Shown in pieces: positions 1 through 12,075 of a stretch of DNA of 64,000 nt (positions within the stretch are counted from its first letter, which is position 1; the number at the start of each line of letters is the position of its first letter). Source of the DNA: Podarcis erhardii (Eukaryota); assembly GCA_964252035.1 (NCBI GenBank), contig OZ176202.1. One strand, written 5' to 3'. A program made the position numbers and the translations under genes. Below the pieces are notes generated by a model. The model had not been told where the DNA came from. It was given only the letters and a program-made list of their open reading frames with translations, and did not search any database.

Positions 1-64
1 TTTTAGATTGGGCTCCACCAAAATAAATCTAGGTCAAGCCTCAGCCAATCAGGATTCTCTAGGT

Positions 65-184
65 CAGGAATGAGGAAACTGTGGCCATCCAGATGTTGTT
101 GGACCACAACTCCCATCTTTGCATGATTATTGGCTGGCTCTGATGGGAGATGGAGTCCAACAGCATCTGGACTCCCTATCCCTG
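65..184. mobile_element. hAT MITE
   Basis: caggaatgaggaaactgtggcc...cagatgttg...actcccatc...catctgg...ccctg; CTAG-centred flank. Confidence 0.65.
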
Positions 185-2441
185 TTCTATGCACTGGCTC
201 ACGCCAATTAAGTCATCAGTACAAGCTGGGAGCCCTAATGACTTCTGAGTAGGTGACAGGCAGTATGGTAGGCAGAGCTCAGTATTCATGGCTCAGGGTT
301 TTGCCTGCTCTGAAGTTCAGAATCGGTCTCTCTGAATATGGGAATAACGTGCTAGCATTCCAAGCTAAGGAGCAGATGGATGGCCTTTCCTTCTAACACC
401 GCATGACAACTTTATTTGACTATATCTTAAAAAAAAAAACCAACTATGTCTTTTCTCCAATATACATGAAATATTGAGATTTTGTTGTATGTACAGTAAT
501 TAAATTTAATCCATTAAAATAAGGCAGGTAATGAATCAACTGACAGCGCTAATTACAATTAAGAACATTTTCCTCTTTGAGTGGCTATGTCCATGCAATT
601 GCCGTTATACAGAGAGTAAAAGTCAGAATTGAAACTGCACTGTTCGTTATACTATATGTTTACCTTTCAGTGAACAATTCAGGTTCTAATTCTGTAATTC
701 ATCTCCTTCTCTCCTCCCTCCCTTCTTCCCAGCCCCAAACTATGTATATCTTGGAGAGTTCATGGAGTTAGAGACTGGAAAATTTAGAAGATGTTGGTCT
801 ACAAGCCAGACATGCTGTGTGCAATTGGAATGCAACTTTCCCACAGTACTAGGTCCACTGTGGGGAAAGCAGCCTCTCTCACAGCAATAGGTAGACTAAT
901 TACTCAGTCCATTTTTTAAAAAAACTCTTTTTTAAACATTTACTACAACATTCTTCTATACAGCTGTTTAAGCAGTCTATTTACTCCTTCTTTACATCTA
1001 CTGGCTGAGATCCAAATGGACATGCATCATGATACCACACATTACAAACTGCTTTAAAATGCTGAAGTGCTACTCAAAAATCATAAAATCAGGAACTATT
1101 CAAACTATAATCAAATTCTTCCAGAACCATGCATATTCAAGTTAGGAGTGAATGATCACACTGTTGTTTGCTCCAAAAGGTGTCCAAACTTTTCAAGAGT
1201 TTCAACTGAATACTATAAAAAAAGTATCAAGCCGCTTTTAGTGTTAAGTTCAAAATTTTAAGAAGCTTCTTTACCACCCTCCACTGTACTTCATTTACAA
1301 ATCCCTGAACCCTAAGACTCCCCAAAATTTGGGGGTCTTGTCCCTAGCAGAACATTTCGTGATGAGACCTGGAATGGGAACTCTAAGAGAAATAATTTCC
1401 AGAGGCAAAGCAATGATCTATATGCCATTTCCATAAAGGATAAGGCCTTCCCTCTCCCTGACAGAAACGACACATGAAAAGTTAGTTTCCTGTAAGGCAT
1501 TCTGGGATTTGTAGTCCCAATTTTCAGCAGGAAAATATGCTCTGTCAAGGGCTGGTAGCATTTTTTCACATTCTCTCCCTTTCCCAAATTGAAGTTTCTG
1601 TTCTATGGGACAACAACTCTTACCTTCACTGCGGGATCACTAGCCATAGTCCTGAGCTCATGCCAAAAAACACTGGGTCAGTACCTGCAGTATTGCCCCG
1701 GGATTTTGAAAACGCTCCACTCCAGAACAGTAGCAGCTAACCACTTGTGCTGGCTCATGACATCACCTTACCCCATGGCCTCTCGGCTGATCAAGGAAGC
1801 AATGGACTAAGAGAGGAGAATGGGAAGGAGCAGAGACTATTGCTCCCCACAACAATATTAAAACTGGATCCAGTGTGTGCTCAAAATGGATGAAATATGG
1901 AAGGCTATTTCACCATATAGTCCCCAGCAGCAGAGTGAAATTCTCCAAGTGTTCAAACGTATGTTAAGAAATTTTCTTCTGAGAAATTTTCTATCAGCCC
2001 TAAATTTTCCCAATAGCTCTGCACAGTAGACCAGTAGAATATTACAGCAGGAAGGCTGAGGCTGAGTTAATGGTTTGCCTAATGTCACCTAGGAAGTTCA
2101 TGGCTGTGGTTAAATTTGAACTGAGGACTCCCAACTCATGCTCTCACCACTATGCTACACCAACTCTCATTACTGCTTTCTTTTCACATACCTGGGAGTA
2201 AGCTCTGCTGAGCTCAGCCATGCTTACCTCTGAGTGGACAGGTATAGTATTACGGTGTGAAATGTTATTACACACTGCACCCATAATTACTTATCCCATT
2301 ACTTATGAACAAAAAAGTTTTGTTTTTTTTTTTTAAAAAAAGCTTTAAAAAGGTTCCAGTAGGAGTCAGTGAGCCCCCAAAAGTTTCTATTTTACTTGTC
2401 TTTGTTGTCATAAATCATTAATTTCCTCATGGCTTTCTCAC

Positions 2442-2526
2442 CTGTTGTTTGTTTGAGAAGCTCCAAACCATTTTGTATAGCCTGATCAACATTTTGCTTT
2501 CTGAGCAGAATCTCTTCTTGGAGAGC
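2442..2526 (-). CDS. DST: DST exon, spectrin repeat ([28 protein letters not shown]), 85 nt, phase 0 to 1
   Basis: ttctag|GCT acceptor, ACAG|gtgaga donor; in frame with the upstream exon. Confidence 0.9.
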
Positions 2527-2771
2527 CTAGAAAATTTCAGAATGCTTTTATCATCAGAGAAGTCATCATTTAAAATCTATAAAGCTGAAAGTCTATAAGC
2601 AGCCACTTATTCTCTCAGAGTGAGAATTGGAGCAGGGTGCGGGGAGGATAAAGGCTTAAAAATAAATGAATAGGATACAGAATTAAACGACTATAACAAT
2701 ACAAAAAAATGAGAATATGAAATAGTGCTTAAAATGGTAAAATAAAATCAACAGAAAATAAATGGAAATAC

Positions 2772-3098
2772 CAGCATTTCAGTTTGTTGTTTCACAAGCA
2801 AGTCAGTATTGTAGTCTTGGACTGCCAGTTTGCTCAGTTTCTCATGTACTTCATTCAGCCAATTCATCAATTCAACTTCATCCTCTCCAAAAATCTGAGC
2901 ATTGCAATAGGCTTGCTGTAGAAGCTGAGCTCTACTGCCACTTTTCTCTCGAATCTCAATGTATTGGGCTTCTGAAGAATCTAGTTTCTCCTGCACCATT
3001 TCCTTATCTTCCTTGGAGCTCAATGCCTTTAAAGCCTGACCAATATTAATAGCTTGCTCCAAATTTTTGTTGCGAGTGGCGATGTCTTCCTCAAAGGC
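2772..3098 (-). CDS. DST: DST exon, 327 nt = 109 aa (AFEEDIA...KQQTEML), phase 0 to 0
   Basis: catttag|GCC acceptor, CTG|gtattt donor; overlaps ORF 2748..3062. Confidence 0.92.
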
Positions 3099-3327
3099 CT
3101 AAATGAAGTTTTCAAAGTAGTAAGAAAAAGAAAAGAAAAACAAGCAAACAAAAGAAACCATAAAACCAAATATGAAGACAACTCAAGAACAACCAAAAGA
3201 ATATAACTTTGATGGTAAAAGAAGAATATAAACAAAGTAATAAAAAAATGTGTTGGGGGGAATACTCCACTTTTGGTTTACAAATCATAAAATAATTGCC
3301 GCAATGAAAGGCACATTAAGATCTTAC

Positions 3328-3487
3328 TTTATGTTGAGAAATCTGCTGTTGTAGTTTGGAAGCCTGTGTTCCAATGGGTTCTGAATTTGAAAGCTTCTTT
3401 TCAGTGATGGTTAGCCACTCAACCAGTGGTTCTAAAGTTTCATGGAATTGCTGTGCTACAGCTGAGATACCTTCCAACTGACGATTC
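3328..3487 (-). CDS. DST: DST exon, 160 nt ([14 protein letters not shown]...ISQHK), phase 2 to 0
   Basis: ttgtag|G acceptor, AAA|gtaaga donor; ORF 3316..3513. Confidence 0.93.
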
Positions 3488-3895
3488 CTACAATATGTGA
3501 AAACAAAGCACATTTTGTGGCATGAGGGATGTATGAAATACTAAAAAGTTAAAACCAGCGCTTGGAAAGAACTACTTCGGTTTAATTATGTTCAATGAAT
3601 TACTTTGAAAATCTCTGAACTACACCTAAAAGTAGTTCCCATAAATGGAAGATTATGGGAGACATCCACTTTACTACAAGAACGGGTGATTATGTGATAC
3701 TGATTTCCCGATATTATTTCACTGAAATTTCTAAAAATAAAACTTGTAATATACTCAGAGCCATTTTCTCATTTAGCTTCAAATGCGAATCTGAAACTGG
3801 ATGAAAATGTTGCTATAGCTCCACATTAGTTTCTAATGCTGTATCAAGGAGTACACCCTACTGTACCCCTAAGTGAATGCAAACATTTCAGGTAC

Positions 3896-4062
3896 CTTGT
3901 TTCTGCTTTATCAAGCAGTGCATCCCATCTGCTATCCAGGAGGCTCAGCTGTTTCAAGATCTTCTCTTTATCAGCGGGCTCTGCTGACTCTGCAATTTTC
4001 TCCCCTTCACGCTTGATTAGTTCAACAGTGGGTCTGCGGTCATCCAGCAATCTCTGGAGAAG
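3896..4062 (-). CDS. DST: DST exon, 167 nt ([10 protein letters not shown]...KAETR), phase 0 to 2
   Basis: ctccag|CTT acceptor, AAG|gtacct donor; ORF 3844..4050. Confidence 0.93.
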
Positions 4063-6509
4063 CTGGAGACAAAATAATCAAAAATCAAATTGCCAGGAAA
4101 TGACTGTTCACTACAAGGCTGTAAAAAGATTAGGAGGCAGATTCTTCAAGGTCTTGTTTACTGGCAAAAAGAGGCAGGCTTAAGGGAACAATTTTCTGAG
4201 ATGGCAGGAAATTGTGAGGGTGCCAGCAGTATTACAATGCAAGTGCCATAAATTGCATAAATAAGTAATTTCATTATGAGAGCGAGCAAACTGTGCCAAT
4301 CTTAGCATCAGTTGTAAAGGTCTAGCATCCTTCCAAATGTTTTCATTCAGATTTCTTTTCAATGCTATCCTGGAAGCTCTGGAAGGGCTACAGATATATA
4401 TGACTTATATGAGGTATGATGTTGACATGTGAAGGGAGAGGGGGGAATCAAGTGGGACATTTTATAACACATGACAGTGCTGGGAACTTTTGGGGAAGCT
4501 TTTCCATTTTGGAAAAAGAAAAGATGGGAAATTTTGCACTTCACCTAAGAACCCTCCCCATCTTTTCAATACGCTGGTGATGTTTGCAACTATCCACTGC
4601 AATCCAGAGAAATATCTGTTTGTTTATATAGTGCTCACCTTTCGAAACACTTGTGGCCGCATTCAATAAGATGAACACAATTCAGGGCTTAATGATGCGC
4701 CTAAGACCAAATTATTTTAATAGGGAATCAAACATGTTATAACATTCTCTGGATTCTGTCCCAAATTTTCAGTACAAACATATGATCATTTTGGAGATTA
4801 TTATGTTGCGCGCAGCTGCAACTTTGGATACTCACTTTGGCCAGACAACCTGAGGACTTTATTCACTAAGCTTCATGCAGTGCTCTTCCCTGAGGGTTGC
4901 CTTCTATGTTTCAGCCAAAAATCCCCCCTTCTCTCTCCTACTGCCTTTTGTTAAGACTGCTCAGAGAGCACAACTTCTCTCTGATGCTGTGCATGCTGTG
5001 ACCTGCTCTTCCCTTGCTCATACATTTATTTTGAACAGGAAAGTAATTATGGATCTGGTTTACAGAGTTTGTTGTGCTGTATTTACTCCACAACTGCCAA
5101 TTCAATATTTAATATGAACCTTCTCCCCCCCCCCTTTTTTTAAGTGAGGGTCTAACAATCCATCAGCAACTGTGTTACAAACAATTGTTGAACAATCTGA
5201 AGCAGGGGTGTTTGACATTATTAACTGAAGATACAGGCACACCAAGATGTTACCCTAAATCAAAACAGATTCTACAAAACTCTAGAGACGGAAGTCAGGA
5301 AGTAAGGGGTGGAGCAGAAGCTGACATCAGGTACAGATTTCATCCCTTGCTAACCCATATGTATAGGCAACTCGTATAAATCCACACTGAATGGCATATA
5401 TGGGAAAAAGAGATTAGCTGAGAAGGGGTGGGGTGGAGGGTTGTCAAAATGATGAAGGAGGATTGAAGCCCTGACAAAATTTTGAACTTTATTTCAACTT
5501 AAGGGAGTAGCTCTACAATGTTCTTCCCCCTGCCCCTTTTCACAATATCAGTGATGTCTTTTCAAACATCAGATTGCTTTTGATCCTTGAAATAATTGTT
5601 TTTGATGTGCATCCAGTGAAATGTACACGTGCATGAAATGATGCCAAGAACCAGCACAGATATTCCAGAGTTTTCCTTGCAATATATACAGAAAACTGGT
5701 CCAATGAAATGATTGTTTGTGCTATACATGGCATCTGTCCCTCCCAGTCTGCACCAGCTCCCCACATTTCCCAAAGAAGTGAAGAAAACCACATTTCCCC
5801 GGACAAAGGATGCAATCAATGCCTGGATGGGAGGCTGCCTGGGAACACCATTGAGTTCCATGGTGAAAGAAGAGCTGGATATAAATTTACATACCAACTA
5901 TTTGTTATATTTCTTGGTCACTTTTCTCATTGAATGAACCAAAGCAATTTAGGGCTCATCCCACACTTCTGCTTGCCTAGCCACTTTCCCCCAGGAAAAC
6001 CCGCTGTCTACCACTGAATCCGAGCCATACAAGTAAAAGGCAGGACTAACAGATCCTGTCCCACTAATATGCTACAGTCTGGATGCCTCTGTTAAAATGA
6101 GTGGAGAATTCCAAAATGAAAGTATCAAAGGGCAAATCTTTAAAGAGAATTTCACAGATTGGGTTGAGAAAATTTGCCCTTCCCCTGAAAAAAGCCAAAC
6201 ACATCCCCCACAGAAGCATCCATGACAACCATCCTAAGTGATGGGATGACAGAGACTATGGAAAGGTATTTTTTTTCAGGTTCTTTTGCAATTGCACCTC
6301 TTATAGCGCACGTCTAATACACACTCAGCCACACTGTTATCCAGGCCGTCACATGTTATTACTGTTATTAATTGCCCACTATTCATCCTAAGGCCCCGGG
6401 TGGGTTACAACATTAACACACAGCTTTAAAAACAGTTTAAAATACCCCACTGAGCAGGTGACAGAGAAAATATAATTAATCTAAAGATAGATAAATAACT
6501 TCCACTCAC

Positions 6510-6680
6510 TTTCTGCTCCTGTATTTGGGCCTTCACAACTTTGAACTCAGCAGATGGAGGCTTCTGATTAGCCACAAGGTCTTCTGTGTCAATAAGCCAG
6601 CTAAGGATAGATTCGACAGCATCTTGAAACCTCCCACAGTGGAGCAGTGCCTCTTGCAACTGGGCTGCTCTTTGAGCAAC
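6510..6680 (-). CDS. DST: DST exon, 171 nt ([16 protein letters not shown]...IQEQK), phase 0 to 0
   Basis: tgttag|GTT acceptor, AAA|gtgagt donor; ORF 6426..6659. Confidence 0.95.
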
Positions 6681-6682
6681 CT

Positions 6683-6765
6683 AACAAACAAAACAAAACA
6701 AAACAAAACAAAACAAAACAAAACAAAACAAAACAAAACAAAACAAAACAAAACAAAACAAAACA
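6683..6765. repeat. (AAAAC)n microsatellite, ~16 units, abutting a DST splice acceptor
   Basis: Directly visible. Confidence 0.97.
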
Positions 6766-7055
6766 TTGTAAATATTATCCTTTTCCCACAATACCTCTTT
6801 CCATCTTCCCAGTCAATCAAACAACCCCTAGGGAAAATAAGAACAATTTAAGGCTAGCAACTCCTAAACTATGAAGCTCTTCACTGACTTGAGTGACATT
6901 CTGTGCACTTCGGCAAATAATTAAAATTGTCTTAATACAGGTATGAACAATACAATGTTTTGTAGCAGTAGGTCATAGGTGAACAAAGTGTGAGGTAGAC
7001 CTGCCTAGGGATAATCCCCAGGGAAGCCTAAGTACTTCATGTGCCTCTTGAATGC

Positions 7056-7295
7056 NNNNNNNNNNNNNNNNNNNNNNNNNNNNNNNNNNNNNNNNNNNNN
7101 NNNNNNNNNNNNNNNNNNNNNNNNNNNNNNNNNNNNNNNNNNNNNNNNNNNNNNNNNNNNNNNNNNNNNNNNNNNNNNNNNNNNNNNNNNNNNNNNNNNN
7201 NNNNNNNNNNNNNNNNNNNNNNNNNNNNNNNNNNNNNNNNNNNNNNNNNNNNNNNNNNNNNNNNNNNNNNNNNNNNNNNNNNNNNNNNNNNNNNN
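7056..7295. other. Assembly gap, 240 N
   Basis: Run of N. Confidence 1.
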
Positions 7296-7400
7296 GCCCA
7301 TCTGGCTGGGTTTCCCCAGCCACTCTGGGCAGCTTCCAACGAAAGATTAAAAATACATTGAAACATCAGTTATTAAAAACTTCCCTAAACAGGGCTGAAG
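7296..7400 (-). mobile_element. L2 LINE 3' end fragment adjacent to the assembly gap
   Basis: gcccatctggctgggtttccccagccactctgggc...aaaaacttccctaaacagggctg resembles lacertid L2 3' ends. Confidence 0.6.
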
Positions 7401-7747
7401 ACAGTTGAGTAGGCATTTTGTTTCAATCAGCATGACACAGAAAGCACCATGAATTATGTTTTGCAATCCTCTATTTCCTTTAGGCTTTTGACTTTCTACA
7501 GGTTTCTTTCCATGGACATTAAAATGACAGGGTACCCATGTGACAAAGGGTAGTCTGCTTCTGTAGGAGCTCTACATAAGCACCAGAGCACACATGGAGT
7601 TCTGGACTGGGGATTTTGTGCATTTTATTATGCAGTCTACTACAATAATGTATAGTACTACTTTGTAGTGAAAATCAGAAATAAGAGCAAAACAAAAACA
7701 ACAGCAAACTAAAAAGGTAAACAACAGTGCAAATACAACTAACATAC

Positions 7748-7909
7748 CTTTTTGTTGAGAGTTTTCCATCTTGTGTTAACATCCTCAAGATCACGCTCAA
7801 GGTTATCAGTACTAGCATTTTTAGCAGCACTCTGAATAAGGCCTTGACCCAACCAATTTACCTCCTGTTGCTTAACCTGCAGTGGTTCAATCTTTTCCTT
7901 CTCGAATAC
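7748..7909 (-). CDS. DST: DST exon, 162 nt ([11 protein letters not shown]...KTLNKK), phase 0 to 0
   Basis: ctgaag|GTA acceptor, AAG|gtatgt donor; ORF 7739..8029. Confidence 0.93.
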
Positions 7910-8426
7910 CTTCAGATCAAAAGGAAAAGAAAGAAAGAAAGGCAAAGGCACATTTAGATTATTAAGTCTGGAACATGCTGAGCATAAGTAACGACCAGAG
8001 CAGATATCAGTAGTAAAATCACACAGCATGTCATGAACATAGTGTTGAAAGACAGTATTTAGCTACAGAGTGTACATGTAAAATTGCTCTTAATGTTGTA
8101 AACACAAAACAACTCAGAGTAAATTATATACACATTAACCCAAACAGGAGTTAAGAAACTGCTATTACATAAAAAAAAACCAAGCACTGTATTTAAAAGG
8201 AAGAGACAAACATAGTGCCCCATACTGAATCTTCCTAATATAGATGCTCAAACAATATTTAAAGCAAAAGGTACACGTTGTGGACACCTATGTCAAACTA
8301 AAGAGGATGACATATTGTGGGTAGTAATTGTTCAGATATCTGTTCACAATAGCCCATTCTTCTTGGGGCTATGCAACTCTGTGCAAACAGTTATCCTTTG
8401 CGTATGGCCAGCAGACACAAGTAGCC

Positions 8427-9120
8427 CATAAAAACATAAGAGCCCTGATGGATCATGCCAAATGCCCATCTAGACCAACATCTTTTTCTCACAGTGGCCA
8501 ACCAGATGCCTGTAGGAAGCTTGAAAGCAGGACTTGAGAGCAAAAAGGACTTGTGACTCTGGCGTACAGAAGCATACTTCTTCCAACAGAGAGCATAGAC
8601 ATCATAGCTAGCAGCCACTGACAGCTCTATCTTCGGTGAATTTGTCTATTTCTTTTTTTAAGACAATCACAGTAATGGTCACCACTACTTCTTTGCCACT
8701 ATTCACTGCATGAAGAAGTTCTTTCTTCAGTACTGTCCTGAATCTTCCAACATTTAGCTTCATACAATGGTCCTGGGTACTAGTATGATTCAGCCAATTT
8801 GGATAGATCACTTTGGATTTCCTTGCAATCTTTTTGTTCTAACCACCCTGAACAACTTGGTACCATCAGCAACCTCAGCTACGATGCTGATCACTTTTAT
8901 AATTTATAATCAAGTTTAAAAGTCCATGTCCCAATGCTGATCCCTTAATTGGGAGAACTGCCCATTTATTCCTACTGTCTGCTTCCTGTTCCTTAATTAA
9001 TTGCAGAACAGTAGGAGGACCTCTCCTTTTATTCCACAATTAAGCTTACTAAGGAGTCTGTTGTGAAGTACTTTGTCAAACCCTTTCTGAAAGACCAAAT
9101 ACACAGTGCCCAGAGTCTAT
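8427..9120 (-). mobile_element. CR1 LINE 3' fragment (RT C-terminus plus 3' UTR)
   Basis: Reverse strand has gctgatggtaccaagttgttcagggtg (degenerate ADDTKLFRV); left end resembles squamate CR1 3' termini. Confidence 0.75.
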
Positions 9121-9162
9121 ATAGTAGAGTTTGAAAGTATGAGTAGTAACGGTGGACAAGGG

Positions 9163-9290
9163 TTACAGATAGGTAGCCGTGTTGGTCTGCCATAGTCAAA
9201 ACAAAACAAATTCCTTCCAGTAGCACCTTAAAGACCAACTAAGTCAGTTCTTGGTATGAGCTTTTGTGTGCATGCACACTTCTTCAGATA
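9163..9290. mobile_element. Penelope-like element terminal fragment
   Basis: gtagccgtgttggtctg...gtagcaccttaaagaccaac...atgagctt...cacttcttcagatac resembles reptile Penelope pLTR ends as I recall them. Confidence 0.55.
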
Positions 9291-10103
9291 CAAGGGAAAT
9301 GCTTAAAGTTTGTTGAGGACAAGGGAAAGTTTGTTGGTGGACAAGGGAAATGCTTAAAGTTTGTTGAGGAAATTAATCATCTGAATATGCTCAGCATATG
9401 TTTCTGTGGTGCATAATGATTTGCATAGCCATTTAAGGATGATGCAGTGCTCTTAGTTCTAATAGGAGGAGCTGGTGTTGGGCAACGTGGCTCCTACAGA
9501 CCAAGTGAGCAGTGAGATGCTGGGCACATGCAGGAAGGGACCTGCCCCAGTCCTAACTGCACAATGGAGAAATGCAAGCGCTATCCAACGATTTGGGGGC
9601 CACTATAGTATGGTGAGCCTGGACCTCAGGAATGGCCTGGGGGAATGAGCTGATCATGTGACTAAGGAACTACACCAGCATTCACCTTCTAGATAAGACT
9701 AGTAATGGTTATATTGTTTTAGAAGATACTGAAAAACAGTGGGGACCATGTCCCTTTATTTCCCAGGTGGTCTTCATTGGCAAGAAATTCAAGCATGCTT
9801 CACACAATGATATCATAATGCAGGTTAACTCAACCCACCAACCTAAGTGATGTTCATTTGAGGACTTGCAAAGGCTAGTGACAGAAAATATTCCACAGGC
9901 ATCAAATGCTGTTGGTGGGTTATGAACCCAGGCTATACAAACTGTGGTCTTAAAGCTTCTTACCTTTGAAATACTCCCTCCCCTCCCCCCAAATCTTCTT
10001 TTTCTTCTTCTTCTACTACTACTAAGACACTGTCCCTTGGCAGCAATTTCACTATAGTCAGCAAAATATTGTGAAGCCATTGTACTGCAATACTGTACTG
10101 AGC

Positions 10104-10109
10104 TTTATT
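10104..10109 (-). terminator. Candidate polyadenylation signal AATAAA about 2 kb downstream of the nested ORF stop
   Basis: Minus-strand AATAAAGCTCAGTACAGTATTGCAGTACA; motif only, no transcript evidence. Confidence 0.2.
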
Positions 10110-10769
10110 ATTATAGCTTTACTAGCAAATATAGTCCACATCCTGAATATATATTTCAGCTGCCACTAGTAATATCATTCCCTGAATACAAGCAATGTTA
10201 TGGGGATACTACAAGTGTACCTCAGTATGGCTAAAGTTATTTCTCAGAACCTATGAAGCTAGACACTCAAGTAGCCCAGGACACCCAAATTCCTAGAACA
10301 GTCTGAAAATAAAGCGTGTTTATAGTTGATGTACCTCAATATCAGCTTTAAGTAATTTTTATGCTCACATAATTGAAAACAAAAATGATAAGAAGCCTCC
10401 CCAAGTTGGGATACATAAATTGTACACCAAAATGGTCAAGCACAACACTAATAGGAAAGCAGAAACTTGCTATGTACATAGTGTAAGAAACCCAGATTTT
10501 CTAGGATAGTCTGCAAACAGCACATTTTCACACCTAAGTTTACGTCATAACAGCGGCCAGCACTTCAACAGACAGCAAGCACATTTGACACACAGGACAG
10601 TGTGTGACCCATCTCTCCTCAAGGCCTTGAATCCACACAAATAACCGGGAGAAGGGGGTTTCGCAGAGGCAGCAAGGAACTTAAGTCCGAACATGGACAG
10701 CTCACACACATTTGACACTACATGCAATAATCCTCAGACACAGTGGTGTGTTACATAGTAGCAACCAGG

Positions 10770-10770
<1 letters not shown>

Positions 10771-10810
<40 letters not shown>

Positions 10811-10814
10811 ACAC
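10771..10814. repeat. (AC)n microsatellite
   Basis: Directly visible. Confidence 0.95.
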
Positions 10815-12075
10815 AATGCTGTTTTTGATGCACTCAATAGCACTACCTATTTGCAGGACATTGTGGGATTTGTTAAAGCAGAGTTCTGAGGAACCAAGTA
10901 GTTGAAAACAGCAAACAGGTCTTACCTTTCCCACAAAATAATATATAATATGGGCAAGTTCTCTTTACTTTAGAGAAATAAACAAGGGCTGGGATGCAAA
11001 AGCTAATTTACACATACCCAAGTGTTAGCTCAGTAGTATCTTTGGCAATCAAACAGGCAGGCACATGTACACACCCCAGGTTCCATAAACTACTTTTGAA
11101 ATTCCCCTCTCTTTCAAAAGAAGCTTCCTGTGTTTGAGGTTGCTGTGTGAGAAACACAAGTCCTGCTCCAGTTTAGGCCCATGGAACTAGTAATTCAGTA
11201 CTTCAATCCAACTCTCTTCTATTTCAGATGTTCATATACAGTATTTTTAAGATAATTCCATAGCAATCCAAACTGAGTTGTTCCCCTTGATTTGTTGTTT
11301 AGATACACATACCTACTCACAAAAGTAGGACTTGAGGCTAGAGTTTGCCAGAACAGCTTAGCAACAAGTCCTAAAATAACTCAAGACACAACCAGATCAG
11401 AGTGACCAAAAACAAAAAGAACAAAATTAAATTAAAGACTTCACAAGCTCCCCATGCTTATTACAAAGCTGTTTTCTACTTCCTTACTTCATTCACCGCT
11501 CAGTAAATGTTACAAGATCCCTTGTAAAAAAAATCCCCTACAACTTTAGGACTACTTTTTGGCATGAAGATGCAAGGAAATAATTTCAGTACGTGCAACA
11601 AGCCTTTAATCTGTGTACTTTGGAAACCGCAGCAATCTGAGCATCGTTGTGTATACCTTTATGATGAACGGTGCAATCCTATACGTGTCAACTCAGAAGA
11701 AGCATGCCCATCGGGTTTCATGGGCCTTACTCCCATGAAAGTGTGTACAGTATATGGCTGCAGCTGAAATCTGGTTAAATCTGAATAGGGAAGGCCTATC
11801 TGCCCTTGAATGGCATTGGCTGCTTGAAACATAATTTGAGGGGAGGGGAGGAGGGGGTGCTGAACATCAATGCCTAGTGGAAGCATTCCAAATAAAGGGT
11901 AACAGGCACCATCTGGACAATAAATAGCCATGCAACCAAACAGCTGGAAGCAATCAACCCTGTCACAAACTGCCCTTAATCAATTTACTGAAGTGACCAT
12001 CTCGCCAATTTCTGCCTTCTAATAACTTGTTGGGCAAATGATTCTAAAGGAATTCTTTGGGTAGATTAGCAAAAT

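Noticed and set aside
1-2441. Next downstream DST exon (expected to begin GDEV...)
   Set aside because: No phase-1 acceptor with a matching open frame found; probably lies left of the window
2762-4183. Plus-strand ORFs (2762..3049, 3836..4183 and similar ones opposite other exons)
   Set aside because: Antisense shadows of DST coding exons with no recognisable protein features
6973-7408. Six ORFs of about 100 aa
   Set aside because: Artefacts of translating the 240-N gap
10565-10720. MGHTLSC... start and a duplicated 12-mer CACATTTGACAC (10580, 10707) as another lipidated first exon
   Set aside because: The frame stops after 15 codons with no convincing in-phase donor; the 12-mer pair alone is insufficient
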